Of a stretch of 64,000 nucleotides of DNA, positions 50,555-64,000 are shown in pieces (position 1 is the first letter of the stretch; every line of letters starts with the position of its first letter). The DNA is from Octopus bimaculoides (Eukaryota). The notes beneath the pieces were generated by a model. It was not told where the DNA came from. It did no database searches and saw only the letters and a program-made list of their open reading frames with translations. Location of the stretch: assembly GCF_001194135.2 (NCBI RefSeq), contig NC_068989.1, positions 8,280,052-8,344,051 of the forward strand, read 5' to 3'. The position numbers and the translations under genes were made by a program.

Positions 50555-51450
50555 TTTTTATATGTTAGGGCTAGTGATAGAAGTAATATCCAGGGCATTG
50601 ACAAGCTTTCAAAGGACGGTGAAACTAATACCGCTAACGTTACATTTGAACGGTTGCAATTTGACATCTACCGGAAGGCTGAGAAGAAAGAATATAGCCG
50701 CGAAATATAATTCTGGGAAAGAAGTACAGAGGTCAGTGGTTAGGGAAGACAGCGTGGATGAGGAGAAGAGAGGACAAAACCAAATGTCTCTAAGTGGAGG
50801 TGGCACCGCAGCGCTTAGGAACCCAGGGACAGAGGCCATCATAATTAGATTAGAAAAGGAAAAGAACGGAGGCAGAAAGTTTGTGGGCTAGAAGCTAGAG
50901 CGTGTCGGTGAGTGATTCAATGGAATCAGCCGAGTGGTCTTTTTCTGGATGTCGTTTGGGATGCTTGTGTTCGCATCAACAGCAATATCTCAGATGTCGG
51001 TTCAACACAATACCGGGGGACTCAATTGTATTTTGGAGAAGTCTAGCTGTTATTAGAGACTGAACTAATTTGTAGCTCCGAGAGGAAGATGACTGCTTTG
51101 CGGGACAATGCTGGCGAGTTAAACAAGAGCTGGTAAGTTGATCTACTGCTATGGATGCCTAAGCACGACCGTACTCGAGCAGGTCACCCGAACACGAAAT
51201 ATGTAGATCAATTCACAAGAGACAGTAGGTGCCTTCCTGAAGACCTCCCTCAATTTATGAAGGACCAAGATGTGCGGGTTAAAAGTGTCCCCGGAAGCTC
51301 GACCAGGCGATGATGGCGATGAATAGCGCCTGCGTATTTATTGTTAAAAGGGATAATGCTGCCTAACAGCAGTGGGGGATGCTTTCCAGGCATCCTTTCC
51401 TGATTTGAGACTAAGTATGTCTTGTTGCATGTGAAAAATACATGGTTGGG
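50555..51450 (-). mobile_element. CR1/L2-superfamily (Zenon-like) LINE 3' remnant
   Basis: Minus strand reads FTCNKT..(FNASKT-like), QKKTTRLI..ESLTDTL*LLAHKLSASVL.LF..DGLC..SAAVPPPLR..SLPVDV..LQPFKCNV. Tail ends at a short poly(A). Confidence 0.75.
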
Positions 51451-52226
51451 AAATTGTTAGGGAAGAACAGATAGCGCACGAATAGGTGTTGTTGGCACAC
51501 ATTGACTTGTCATGACTTTTGTTAACGATGCCCTGGAGTTGCTAAACAAACTTGACTTACATGTATGGTCACCGAGAATGTTTTTTTTTACTCTATTGGC
51601 CTTGGAAGACACATTCCCGCGAGAAGCCAGGACTTTTCTGATCTTCAACACAAAAGACCTGGCGACATTTAAGGAGGTTGCACTTCAGAATCAAATTGGT
51701 TGCCGGCTGAGGCGACGATTTTGGCATGGCGTTTAATCGTCTGCGTTAGATTCGAAGTCTCCATGTTGGGGCTGAAAAAAGAAAAGGACATGTAGTTAAA
51801 GTTCGGGCCACTTATGCTTCTTAAACGTTTTGTCCACAGGTAGCTGACGCACTCTACATAATATATATAATCCGAGGAAGGGTGAAACAGAGGGAGAAAG
51901 AAAGAGGGAGAGAAAGAGAGAGAATGAGAAAGAAATATATATACACGTACGTATGGAATGCTTTATATATGTATAAATACCTATATATGTACAAACAGAC
52001 ACACAACTACGCGTACACATACACACAAATACACACATATGTATACATATACACATACACATGTTCAGGTAGATAAATATGTGTATGTAGACTTATTCAT
52101 CTATCGCCATACACAGTTGTGCAAAATCTGCACCATATCTGTAATTACTATAATAGTTTTATTTGTGTAATTACCATAACGAAATCCCAGCTACACACAC
52201 ACTACATACATTACATCCCACACACA

Positions 52227-52263
<37 letters not shown>

Positions 52264-52517
52264 AAGAAAGAAAGAAGGTAGGTAATGTAACATTGCACAC
52301 AGAGTGCAGACAAATTGTTGGCCAATTTTATGCTGTTGATTGCTGCACTGAATAGCTTTGATCTGCGATTTTGCTGATTCTAAATATAATCAACATTATC
52401 AGGTTTCCAAATATTAGGATTACATTCAGGTTCAGTTGTTGTTTGATGTTTGTTGCAGTGGCTGTTTATCGCCAATCGTGTTGTCATTCTTACATCGGCT
52501 TTGCCATGGTTGTTAAA

Positions 52518-52673
52518 TTACGTCAATGCCTCTTGTGTGTACTCATGCATGTAGACAGTCTGTGAGTCTTGTGAAGGAACCGACCATCCAATATTGTCAG
52601 GACGATCATCATCTGCAACAACATCTCTTCGATATAGACCTAACCTTTCACTGTTAGAGTGTTCGAGTTTTGT
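52518..52673 (-). CDS. Candidate terminal coding exon of an unidentified gene (51 aa plus stop)
   Basis: Acceptor-like CCATTTTACTGCATCAG, then TKLEHSNSERLGLYRRDVVADDDRPDNIGWSVPSQDSQTVYMHEYTQEALT*. The sequence is unique and non-repetitive. Minus-strand AATAAA at 52163-52158. No homology recognised and no upstream exon identified. Confidence 0.35.
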   Translation of the reverse strand, partial: TKLEHSNSERLGLYRRDVVADDDRPDNIGWSVPSQDSQTVYMHEYTQEALT

Positions 52674-52769
52674 CTGATGCAGTAAAATGGCTCAAATTCA
52701 ATCTTAGAATAAATATCAGCATGTACATACACGCACAACCCCCCAAACACACATATAACTGATGCTAAC

Positions 52770-52960
52770 CAGAGGTAAGGTAAAGTTCAAAATGATTTGG
52801 CACCGCTGGTGTTACATCCTCATTTTTACAGCTGAGTGAACTGGAGCAACGTGCGCTGGAGCGAGTGTCTCGCTCAAGAAAACAACACACGGCTTGGTCC
52901 GGCATTTGAACTCACGTTGGTGAGCCCGACGCTCTTACCACTGAGCCATGTGCCTTCACT
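52770..52960 (-). mobile_element. SINE family C 5' portion
   Basis: TTGGCACC..CATTTTTACAGCTGAGTGAACTGGAGCAACGTG..GCTCAAGAAAACAACAC..CTTACCACTGAGCCATGTGCCTTC. Confidence 0.83.
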
Positions 52961-53973
52961 ACTGAAGTGGGTCATCTATACATATATTAATTATGTTATC
53001 AGCCAAAAATTCATTCAGAATGTCTTTGTGGATATCTAGTAGATACAACAGCAATTCTTTCATTTCTTTGATAGGCGATAGAAAGGTGCTTCACTTGCAT
53101 TTCTATATGACTTCATGGAAACAGAAAAACCAGAAGCAGAGCTGGAGTAAAGAGGACATGTCATTGATAAGGATAGCGAATAGAAACGAAATGACTTTGA
53201 CAAACTTAAGTTAATTGTAAAATACTATTAAATTTCATTCAATTTAAAAAAAAAGATAAAATCGGACAGGTATTATTAACATTATGTTCCTCCCGAGTTA
53301 CATCGAAACTATTTTACAAAATTTTGTGGTGCATCAGCATGACCGCAGCCACTTGGCTGAAACACATAAATAAATAAATAAATAAATAGTGACAATCTTA
53401 GTCACACATTTATGGAATTTGACACAGCGAAGCCTTATATTGGACACTGACAGCTAATAAGAAGCCAGATATATGGAATAATCAGTCGATTAAGCATTTG
53501 TTATTAGGCGAGTTTAGAAGCACAGTGCGAAAGAGCTATTTTTTCCATTAATCTGAAATTCCTGCTTTTAACCTAGGAATTTAAAACAGAACACACACTA
53601 GATCTAATAAAGTTTCATCTGAGCATCCACACACACACACACGATATATATGCACTATAAACACACACACACACACACTCATCCCGCCCCCCAGGACCCT
53701 GCTTTTGCAAAATTCATAAAAATTAAGTAGTTTTTCTCTTCGCTTTTTAATTGGAAATTAATAAGGTACTTTTTTTTTAAGATTGCTTCTCTCATGCAAC
53801 TCTAATTAAATTTCTATTTTTTTTAATTTATTAAAAAGATAATTAATATCTAAATAAACACATGTTTATTTTCAACCATTATTTTCGTGTTACTTTTGCA
53901 AACCTGCACATATTACTTTCTATTATTATTATTATCGTTCTTCTTATTTTTTTGTTATTGGCGGCGGTAGTGG

Positions 53974-54004
<31 letters not shown>

Positions 54005-55210
54005 GGTGGTACTAGTGGTAGTGGTTTTGTAACTTCAGCACTTTTAAAATTAACGTTAATAAAAGAATTATTTTCTAAATTAGACACAAGACTATCAATT
54101 TTGAAGGGAAGTGTTAGTCAATAATATCGACTTTAGTAATATTATATTTTATCAGTCCCGGACAGATGAAAGTTAAAGTGAACCCTTACGGTTTTGGACA
54201 TAGAAAATAAATAACCTGAATAAGTACACTAAAGCTTTTTGTCCACCACTCTTAATAATATCCACAAACCTTCAAGGGTTTACTAACCACTAAGGGTTTA
54301 CAAATACACTGAGAAGGATATAGAACGATGCAATAGAATATGACATGATATAATATGATATGGTGTTACATGAAACGAGCAGACGATAAAAATTACAATA
54401 ACAAAGAAGAAAACACACAAGAAAATTCCCCCTAAAATAGAGACCTTGGAGGGCTACTGTTGGAAATTTGAATTTACCATATTTACTCATAAGATATTGG
54501 CCAGCCTGGAGCTATAGCACAAGACACCTGATCGACATGTCACACAATGGAAGCGAAACAGAAACTATGTTTTCGCATAGTGAGCTTCTTAACCACCCAA
54601 TCATGCCTTCCCCTACGTATTCACCGATATGTAATAATAATGATAATATAAGTCACAACTCATAAGAGATCAAATGTCTTTTCTGTCCTTGAAAAGGGGG
54701 ACCATTTTTCGGACGCCATTTTGGCTATATCCTGTGTCACCATGCGCCATATATGAACATACGTCGTAAGGCTGAAGGCTCAAGAAGTTAATTTAGCGAT
54801 CAGGAGGTGCGACCTTGCGTCCCCCTGGGCACCACGTTGTGCAAGTGGCATTTATTACAAACACTGGTCGACCCAAGATTCATGCAAGAAATTGAATCTA
54901 TATAAAATGTCCTGAGACCGTGAGTGGGATTGTTCCTATAATTGAAATATCCGACCTTGTAATACTGTAAGAATTATGCTAAAGGTCGACGTGCCTGTGG
55001 GATGCATTCCAATTCAATGAACAGGTTTATTCAGTTGATTGTATAATTCTTGTTGAAAAAGAATGGGAGCCTCTGACTTTGATATATATAGAAATAGACG
55101 AAAATGCAAAGATGCAAATTGATAGCTTCATAAATAAACAAAATAATGTATAGCGAAATGAGAGATCGAGAGAGAAGGCAGGATATGATGACTCGGGCGC
55201 GCGCGTGTGT

Positions 55211-55261
<51 letters not shown>

Positions 55262-56157
55262 CGTGCGTGTGTGTGCATGTGTGAGTGAGTGCGTGTGTTG
55301 GTGTATGTCACTGGGCACGTTATGTATTAGTAATTACACCGAAATTCATGAATGGGAAATGAGGTCGCATCACTTTCAATTGCATCTCCTTTCAAAATGG
55401 AACCCCATTTCTAATCTATTCATATCGATCGTAGCTTTTCCTTTCTTTAAATGTCAATATTGATTTACTATGATTACACGACAGTAAATTTAATTGATAT
55501 GTATATATATGAATGTATGTATCTAAATTAATTTTTACAAGGAAAATGATGATATTGACTCCGAGGACACCGCCAACATTTTCCTTGCAATAATTAAAAA
55601 AATATGCACTCTACTAAAAACCTTCCAGTCTAATGTTAAATAGGATTTATATAAGCTTCTTTTGAAAGCAAATATTAATATATATATCTGTGCGTGTGTT
55701 TGTGTGTATGTTTGTGATATATGTATATGTGCATACACACACACACACACACATACACACGTATACGCTTCGTCAGTCCGATCAGTTGGTGTCGGATAAT
55801 TCCGCCAGTCAGCATATATGTATTTACCAAAGAAATCTATGGATGACTTAGCGGAATGCTAATGCGTATACAAAAAATTAATATAAACAGCTAGGCGCAG
55901 TATAATATCCTAAAGGAAGAAAAATTCAGAAAAATTCATAGATGTGAGTAAGCGTGACAAGACAGCTACATTGCTATAAGTAGGAATAAGATACTCCTTG
56001 TGCTATAGGAAGAGCGCATATGCATACATATGCGCTGACAGGGGAAGAAACCGCCCCATTAACGAATCGAAAATCTTTCAGTCTAGACTATGTGTATACA
56101 TTTGCGCTCTTCCAACAACATATATATATACATTTATATATAAATAGCTATATATTG

Positions 56158-56249
56158 ACACCTTGGGCATGTCTTCCTCTTTAGCCCCGAGCCGGCCAAA
56201 ACTTTGTGAGCGGATTTGGCAAACGGAAACTAAAAAAAAGCTTATCGTA

Positions 56250-56287
<38 letters not shown>

Positions 56288-56535
56288 CATATGTGTGTGT
56301 GTGTGATTGTGTCATCGTATATGTGTTTGTACCTCACGACCATTTGACAACTGGTATTGGTTTGTTTACGCCACCGTAATTTAGCAGTTTGGGAAAAAGA
56401 GACTGATAGAATAAGCACCAGGCTTAAAATAAGAATTTTAAAAAAATACTGGGGGTGATTCTTTCCACTTCTTCAAAGCAGTGCCCCAGCATGACCACTG
56501 ACCTATGACTGAAAGAAGTAAAAAATAAAAATAAA
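56158..56535 (+). mobile_element. SINE family B, near full length, with internal (ATCT)n(TG)n; shorter family B fragments at about 53325-53390 (+), 54490-54610 (-) and 62025-62095 (-)
   Basis: CACCTTGGGCA..GCCGGCCAAAACTTTGTGAGCGGATTTGG..ACGGAAACT, then microsatellite, then TTGACAACTGG..GATAGAATAAGCACCAGG..GTGCCCCAGCATGACC..ATGACTGAAAG. Confidence 0.88.
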
Positions 56536-56541
56536 GATAAA

Positions 56542-56630
<89 letters not shown>

Positions 56631-57575
56631 TGAGAACTATTTATATATGCATATACATATGTGCGCATATGTATATGCATATGTATGCCTGTATGTAGAC
56701 ATCTGTATGTGTTTATGCTTATTTGTTTGTGCGTGTTTGTGTGGAGTTCCCTACACACAAATGGACAGTTGAATTTCCAAGTCGTGCAGCGAAGGAGGCG
56801 AATTAATTTTATTTGTTAAATATACAAACACAATCATTCGGTTGTACAATCTACTAACATAACTATTCCGTTATTATTATTATAACTTCGTCATTAAAAT
56901 ATTCATAGAATATTTCTTTTCACATGAATTTTACCGCTACCCAATTGACTGTGCCTCAACGCTGTCTGTATCAATTTAACATTAGAACTCACTGTTAAAT
57001 TATTCTAGATTTATTATCGAATTTCTTGTATTTGAAGTCTCAGGAGCTACAAAAATAACAAACCAGTTTATATTCTTCAATTCAAGCAAATTATCATTGT
57101 TTAGACTGTAACCTCTTTCACTGAAAATATATCTGTGCACTTTCGCCATTAACTATGGCCCTAAAATGCATGATGTTTTGAGTTTAATTATGACAAAGAC
57201 AACCACAAAGAGCATTATATGGAATTACTCTGTGGTGATTGACTTGAACTCCGTGTAGAATTTTGGGGCGTTAACTTTTTCAGCCGACTTCAGCCATCTC
57301 TCTATCTATCTATCTANNNNNNNNNNNNNNNNNNNNNNNNNNNNNNNNNNNNNNNNNNNNNNNNNNNNNNNNNNNNNNNNNNNNNNNNNNNNNNNNNNNN
57401 NNNNNNNNNNNNNNNNNNNNNNNNNNNNNNNNNNNNNNNNNNNNNNNNNNNNNNNNNNNNNNNNNNNNNNNNNNNNNNNNNNNNNNNNNNNNNNNNNNNN
57501 NNNNNNNNNNNNNNNNNNNNNNNNNNNNNNNNNNNNNNNNNNNNNNNNNNNNNNNNNNNNNNNNNNNNNNNNNNN

Positions 57576-57646
<71 letters not shown>

Positions 57647-58069
57647 GGGATAGAAAAATAGATAGGTAGATATCTTTTATATAATAAATGCTTTCCCGTT
57701 CATTTTGCCATCGACCAATAGAAACGCAGCTCATCACATCGTTACCCTCAATTGTAATTGTATTCTACTTCAGAAACTCGCAATCAGCAATTACAGGTAT
57801 TCAGCAGTTTTGATTATTTTAGTCTCTGGGTTTGATTCTAGGAAGGGACAAACAAGTTTGATTCCCACTTTCCAGTGTAAATAGGTACAAGTGAAATACC
57901 ATCTTAAAATAGCCGCCTCTAAATTTCCGCTCAAAGCAAAATGTAATAAATTAATCAAATCCTTTTATTTTGCACATACAAAACGCTCACACGCACATAA
58001 AAACACACGCACATATATATGTATCACTCATAAATTTATACACTCACACAAATGTATGTAGTATATGTA

Positions 58070-58490
58070 CTGGATCACCCTATAAATATTGCGGATTTTG
58101 CAATTTCATGAACTAAACGCCGAAGCGGGGACGCGATAAACTACCTGCATCAACTTGCTATAAAAGCAGGTAGTAATTTCACCTTGTACTTCTTCTTAGG
58201 GCAAGTTTTTAAGAGTGCCGTTCGATTTTAGTAGTTATTTTTTTCAAAGCTATAATGGCAGCAACAAAGGAGCATATTCGGCATATTTTGCTCGAGGAAT
58301 ATTAATGCAGTATATGGAGATCGGACGATAAGCGTAAGCCAATGTCAACGGTGGTTCCAGAAATTTTGAGTCGGAAACTACAGCCTAGAAGACGAGCCCC
58401 ATCCTGGAAGATCTGTAAAGCTTGACGAGGACGTCCTGTAAACCTTGTGGGAACAAAATACCATAGTAACTGTTGAGGAACTAGCAGGTT
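58070..58490 (+). mobile_element. mariner-family transposon 5' remnant (transposase HTH region, pseudogenised)
   Basis: From ATG at 58255, MAATKEHIRHILL, then after a frameshift NAVYGDRTISVSQCQRWFQKF*VGNYSLEDEPHPGRSVKLDEDVL*TL.EQN.IVTVEELA, matching mariner WFxxF..G..xLxDxxRxGRP. A TA precedes the putative left TIR. No right TIR was found. Confidence 0.85.
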
Positions 58491-59840
58491 CTGCCAAGAG
58501 ACTATATTTAAAATATCCGCTACATCAATGCCTGTATACTCGGCCAACAACCCAAGTCATAAGCAAAATCGAGACCAGTGAAAAAATAAATCCATTCTCT
58601 TCGGTAGACCTAGCTGACGAGAACCAAACACTTTTACGATAGCAAACGTATTCTGAAAAATTTCGAAACGCAAGTACTAGGTTGTCCATTTGTCTGGCAT
58701 TCTTCCTAGAATTAAAACGAATTCTTTTTATATTCGCTTCCCGCACACATCTTTGCCTCTATACATTCAGCAAAGCTTTACCTAGCGTAGAACGGTTATC
58801 GACTGCTAATTTCAAGCAAAAACTGGTACCTTGCTGTGCCACTATTTCCTATATATATATATATATNNNNNNNNNNNNNNNNNNNNNNNNNNNNNNNNNN
58901 NNNNNNNNNNNNNNNNNNNNNNNNNNNNNNNNNNNNNNNNNNNNNNNNNNNNNNNNNNNNNNNNNNNNNNNNNNNNNNNNNNNNNNNNNNNNNNNNNNNN
59001 NNNNNNNNNNNNNNNNNNNNNNNNNNNNNNNNNNNNNNNNNNNNNNNNNNNNNNNNNNNNNNNNNNNNNNNNNNNNNNNNNNNNNNNNNNNNNNNNNNNN
59101 NNNNNNNNNNNNNNNNNNNNNNNNNNNNNNNNNNNNNNNNATATATGTATGCATAAATAGATAGATAGATACATACATACATACATACATACGTACTTAC
59201 ATACATACACATATACAGGTATGTATATAATGTTCTCTTTATAACGTTTTTAATTTCTAATCACATATGCTTCGTTCAAACTAAATTTAGATAATCTAGG
59301 TATTAAGGCTGGAAACGTGGAGAGAATATTGTGATAACGTTTCACAAAAGATAATTTTAGTTAAACTTATATTAGTCTTCGAAATATTAGATTTTATTGC
59401 GATATATTTCTGTGAGACGGAATCAATTTCACTCAGTCGTAGAAGCACGTTCGAGGCTAGAACCGCCATGTTGAACACAAATAAACGCACATACACCCAT
59501 ACATGCATATACACATAGTAAATGAACAAGCATGCACACATACACGTTCTCTCTTTCAGCACTCCGTACATATATGCGAGATACATATAGGCAGACATAG
59601 TATACCATATTTGATGACAGTACTGACGGATGGGCTTTGTCATATGCACCCCAATTTCAGCAGCTCATACCAACATACTAGGAAAAACACCGGCTTGTTG
59701 GGGGATCAATGGGATGATATATTTGAAAGTTATTTTTATGAGCTATAATACACAAAAATGTGTTCCCTACAGGTCACCAAATACGCCACATATATGTGTG
59801 TGCATGTATGTACGTACGTTTGCATGTGTATATTTATTTG

Positions 59841-59937
<97 letters not shown>

Positions 59938-60685
59938 TTGTGAAATTTCAGTTATTGTTTCGATCGCAGTAATTTTTAGTAGAGTGTGAAGTCATTGCTA
60001 TAAGTAGAGTAAACGTTTTGTATGAGTTACTGTTTCGGCTCAGAATATTGCCTTACTCTGTTTTTCATATGAATGCCCATGAATATTATACAGACTGGAG
60101 TTGGGAAGCTTCCCTCAGTCGATATTATCAATGCTTCTCTTACTTATATTTGTAAGCTTCTCTTTTAGTGGCTTTACATTTATCAGCTAAACTGAACTTG
60201 TAATTGTATTGTCACCTTCTAGGTGATATTTATTTTCGTGACAGCACTTACTAATTAGCATATATCGCTTACATAACGATTCTGTTGTTTTCCTGAGGAC
60301 GCAGAATGCCTCATCAGTCAAGTTTAATATAAACAAGGCAATTTCAGCGTCGTTAATGTCGCTGTCATTTTCTATAATATATGGTCGTATTATAAGTGAA
60401 ACAAATAGGATAGAATTTCTTTCCTGCCGCCATCTCTATCTGAAATTTCTTCAATCATATGAGCATGCAGCATAGAAGGAACTATTAAGGCTATAACTCA
60501 TATATACATGTACCAATGTCTGTCTCTATCTTCCCCACTCTGTCTATTTACGCGCGCGCACGCGCTCTCACTTCCCGATGTTAAATTCCACAATCTGAAT
60601 TGTCACAAAAGTCATGTCATTATTGACATTTATAGACTCCCAAACGCTTAGTTCACATACACAATTTTTCGTAAATGCATGACAA

Positions 60686-60716
<31 letters not shown>

Positions 60717-61086
60717 GACAAGTGTACATACGAAAGGAATGCACACACACACACACACACACACATACGCACACACACACACGCACAAACACATTCATGC
60801 ACATATATACATATATGCTGTCTCTTATTCTTTTAATTGTTTCAGTTCTTAGAAGAATTTTGAAGAATCTTTAGTCGAACGAGAAAGAGAGATAGAGAGA
60901 GTGGGAGAGACGTGTGTGTGTGCGAGTGTGCGTGTTGAACTATGTAGTTTGAAGCAAGCTCCTTATCACACACTCAATCCTGCAACCATATAAAATAAAT
61001 AGATATGAATGGAGTCGATTCATATAATCGACACTGTATGCAATTATTATTTCATTACGTTTCATTATTACATTTTACTCGAACGC

Positions 61087-61700
61087 AAACGGGTTGGCAG
61101 AATCGTTAGAACGCCGGGCAAAATGCTTAGTGAAAGTTCTTCTGGCCTTCAATTTCTAGTTTCCAATTCCGCCGATATTGGCTTTGCCTTTCATCCTTTC
61201 GGGGCCGATTAATCAAATGCGTGACCGTCGAGCACTGGGGTTGATGTAATCGACTCAACCTTGACCCCGAAGTAGCTCAACTAGTGCCAAAATCTGAAAT
61301 CAATATTAGGTTTTACTCGAAAGCGAACGGGCTGGTAGAATCGTTACCACGCCGGGCGAAGAGCTTAGTTGTATTTCGTCTCTCTTTACGTTCTCAATTC
61401 AAATTCCGCCGAGGTCGACTTTGCCTTTCATCCTTCCGGGGTCGATAAATTAAGTATCAGTTGCGTACTGGGGCCGATCTCATCGACCCTCCCCCTCCCC
61501 TAAAATTTCGGACCTTGTGCCTAGAGTAGAACTGAGACGTTACCACGCCGAACAAAATGCTCCTGAAATTCCGAGTTAAAACTCCACCGAGGAACGTTTA
61601 GTCTTTCCTTCTTTCGGAGTCGATGAAATAACTACCAACTGAACACTGAGTATTCCACTCCTTCGTAACTTCAGGCTTTTTACTCTGAGCAGAATTTATT
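61087..61700 (+). mobile_element. Three tandem SINE family A copies (61087-61304, 61323-61531, about 61536-61700)
   Basis: Repeated heads (TGG(C/T)AGAATCGTTA, CACGCCG) and bodies. The middle copy is closest to the family's typical sequence in this window. Confidence 0.88.
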
Positions 61701-62555
61701 ATTCTGTTTTACTCCGCAACAAATGTACAGCATCTTACCGTTACATACATTGGATTCACAGAAAGCTTAACGTCAGGGATTAATGAGTCAATAATAAATT
61801 ATTATATTTTTTTGTTGATTGGCTAATGGTTAAGGATTATTGTTGGTATTCATTTAGAGAAATCTTTTATTCAAATTTGCAATGAGGGTTAGAGATAATT
61901 ATCTATATTCTAAAGACACCTGGTACAGGTGTGTGTATATGTGTGCGCTCGCAGTGTCTGTGTGACTGTGTGTGTGTGTGCGTGTGTCCGTCGGTGTGTA
62001 TCTTCTTTTATTTCTATCTTTAACTTGTCTCAGTCATTAGACTGCGACCATGCTGGGGCACCGCCTTCAAGGATTTTAGTCGAACGAATTCACAACTGTA
62101 GCTGTAGTGGTGAACAAATACAGTTACAGAGATATATATAGACACATTTATATAATAGAAAAATTGTAGTTCTGAAGATGTATATGACGGTCTTTCTATT
62201 GCCCTGACCTAACCGCTGTCGCAATAGAGTTCTGCATTCTATATAATCCCAGATATAAACTATAGTTTATTGCGTAACGGCCGTTACCATGTCAGTCATA
62301 TCAGTTCATACACACACAAAAACACACACACACACATCCACAAGCATACCGTCAAACACATACGTCACACACGTAAAGCTGGCTATTATCACTAGCCTAT
62401 AACATCGGCCGATAAACTTTATTATTGGTAAGTTTTTTTAATATGTAGTGTTTTAATTAAGGAAAACACAAATTATGCCTGTAGTTGCATATACGCAAAT
62501 GGATATAGACAGAGGAACAAGCGTATATGAATATATATGTATATAAATATATACG

Positions 62556-62592
<37 letters not shown>

Positions 62593-62749
62593 ATGTGTGT
62601 GTATAATGATGAAATGTCCTGTGTCATAAAAAGTGTTAGCTTATAGAAAGACATGCATAGCTACATAAAGACAGGTACACGTGAGAAGAGATACGTAAAC
62701 ATTCGCATATTCACATCTAAAAATATATACATTACTCGCGAATATACAT

Positions 62750-62875
62750 AATTATCGACTACCATCCATCTATCCATCCATCCATCCATCCATCTATGCA
62801 CCCGTCAATGTCTTTGTGTGTGAGTGTGTGCGTGCGTGTGAGTGTGCGTGTATATATATATATATATATATACAT

Positions 62876-62932
<57 letters not shown>

Positions 62933-63068
62933 TACATATATATATATATATATGTACACACACACATGTACGCACACACATATATATACACACATATATG
63001 TATAGATATATACATATAAATATATATATGGATATATATATGTACATATGTAGTACATGTATATATAC

Positions 63069-63099
<31 letters not shown>

Positions 63100-63581
63100 C
63101 ACATACACATTTACAAACATATACATGAACGCACACACACTTATGAAAACACACACACTCACATACACGCACACAAACACACACATACACACACACACAC
63201 ACAAACACACATGTATATATGCATATAGAAGAACACTTAGCTATGCATGTAAACAATACACCGTTACACGTAGATATATTCATATGTCCATTCGTCCATT
63301 CATCCGGCCGATGGCCTGTCTATGTATAAAACCTATATACACACATAAAAATGTATAGCTGATATCCTGGTATTTCAGTCTGATCAGGATAGGAGAAATG
63401 TGCAGAAAATATATGAGAGAATAGCTAGTGTTAATGCGGTCTGTCAGCACATACGCATGCAAAGATTTAGCAGCATACATACATACATACATACATACAT
63501 ACATGTATTTAGATCCATATATACACACATATATATGTATATAGATACAGACATTCATACATACACACACATAAATATATG

Positions 63582-63633
<52 letters not shown>

Positions 63634-63797
63634 AATCCATGTATATATATATATATACATATATATGTATACATGTATGTATATATATATGTATATATAT
63701 GTGTATATATACGCACATATATGTACACATATATACATATATATATAAGATATATGTATATATACATGTATGTATCTACATATGTATGTATATATAC

Positions 63798-63840
<43 letters not shown>

Positions 63841-63890
63841 TACATATGTAAGTATATATTCGTGTATATATATGTATATATATATTCACG

Positions 63891-63949
<59 letters not shown>

Positions 63950-64000
63950 ACATACACATTAAGGCACACACATATATATATAAGAAAATATATGTACATG
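62750..64000. repeat. Compound (TA)n/(CA)n/(TACA)n microsatellite field
   Basis: Directly visible. Source of the YI/VC/HT ORFs. Confidence 0.97.

Larger units (their letters stand above)
4206..59140. other. 18 N-gaps (about 4.8 kb in total), almost all bordered by microsatellites
   Basis: N runs such as 6044-6562, 19582-20123 and 39565-40203, flanked by (TA)n, (CA)n or (GATA)n. This pattern is typical of short-read scaffolding. Confidence 0.98.

Noticed and set aside
60273-60371. 99-nt symmetric minus-strand exon candidate (ENDSDINDAEIALFILNLTDEAFCVLRKTTESL); the same region has CTGATGA..GAAA on minus
   Set aside because: The acceptor is weak and the phase does not join the 52673 candidate directly. 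The CTGATGA..GAAA spacing cannot form a hammerhead stem II.

Overview
Metazoan genomic DNA: AT-rich, microsatellite-dense and N-gapped, with 18 scaffold gaps totalling about 4.8 kb, nearly all flanked by simple repeats. The repeat families look like those of octopus. This assignment is an inference from recalled families, not a database result. No protein-coding gene can be called with confidence. Most ORFs in the supplied track are artefacts of microsatellites, N-runs or antisense SINEs. The window is mostly old transposable-element sequence. It contains more than 30 copies or fragments of at least four tRNA-head SINE families (labelled A-D here), decayed CR1-type and R4/Dong-type LINE 3' ends, a Tc1 deletion derivative with intact TIRs, a mariner 5' remnant, a Tigger/pogo-like MITE and two Helentron/HINE-like elements. 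The most interesting locus is 14.1-15.0 kb. It holds an about 90-bp inverted repeat around a gap, an about 106-bp spacerless palindrome, an (AAT)n tract and then a minimal type I hammerhead ribozyme motif of the Penelope-element kind. A second, decayed hammerhead-like motif lies in a 222-bp insert flanked by a 19-bp target-site duplication at about 13.1 kb. Other notable items are a candidate terminal exon on the minus strand at 52.5-52.7 kb whose frame stays open past two stops, a CR1 3' tail shared with SINE family B, and several SINE copies with inverted or fold-back junctions.
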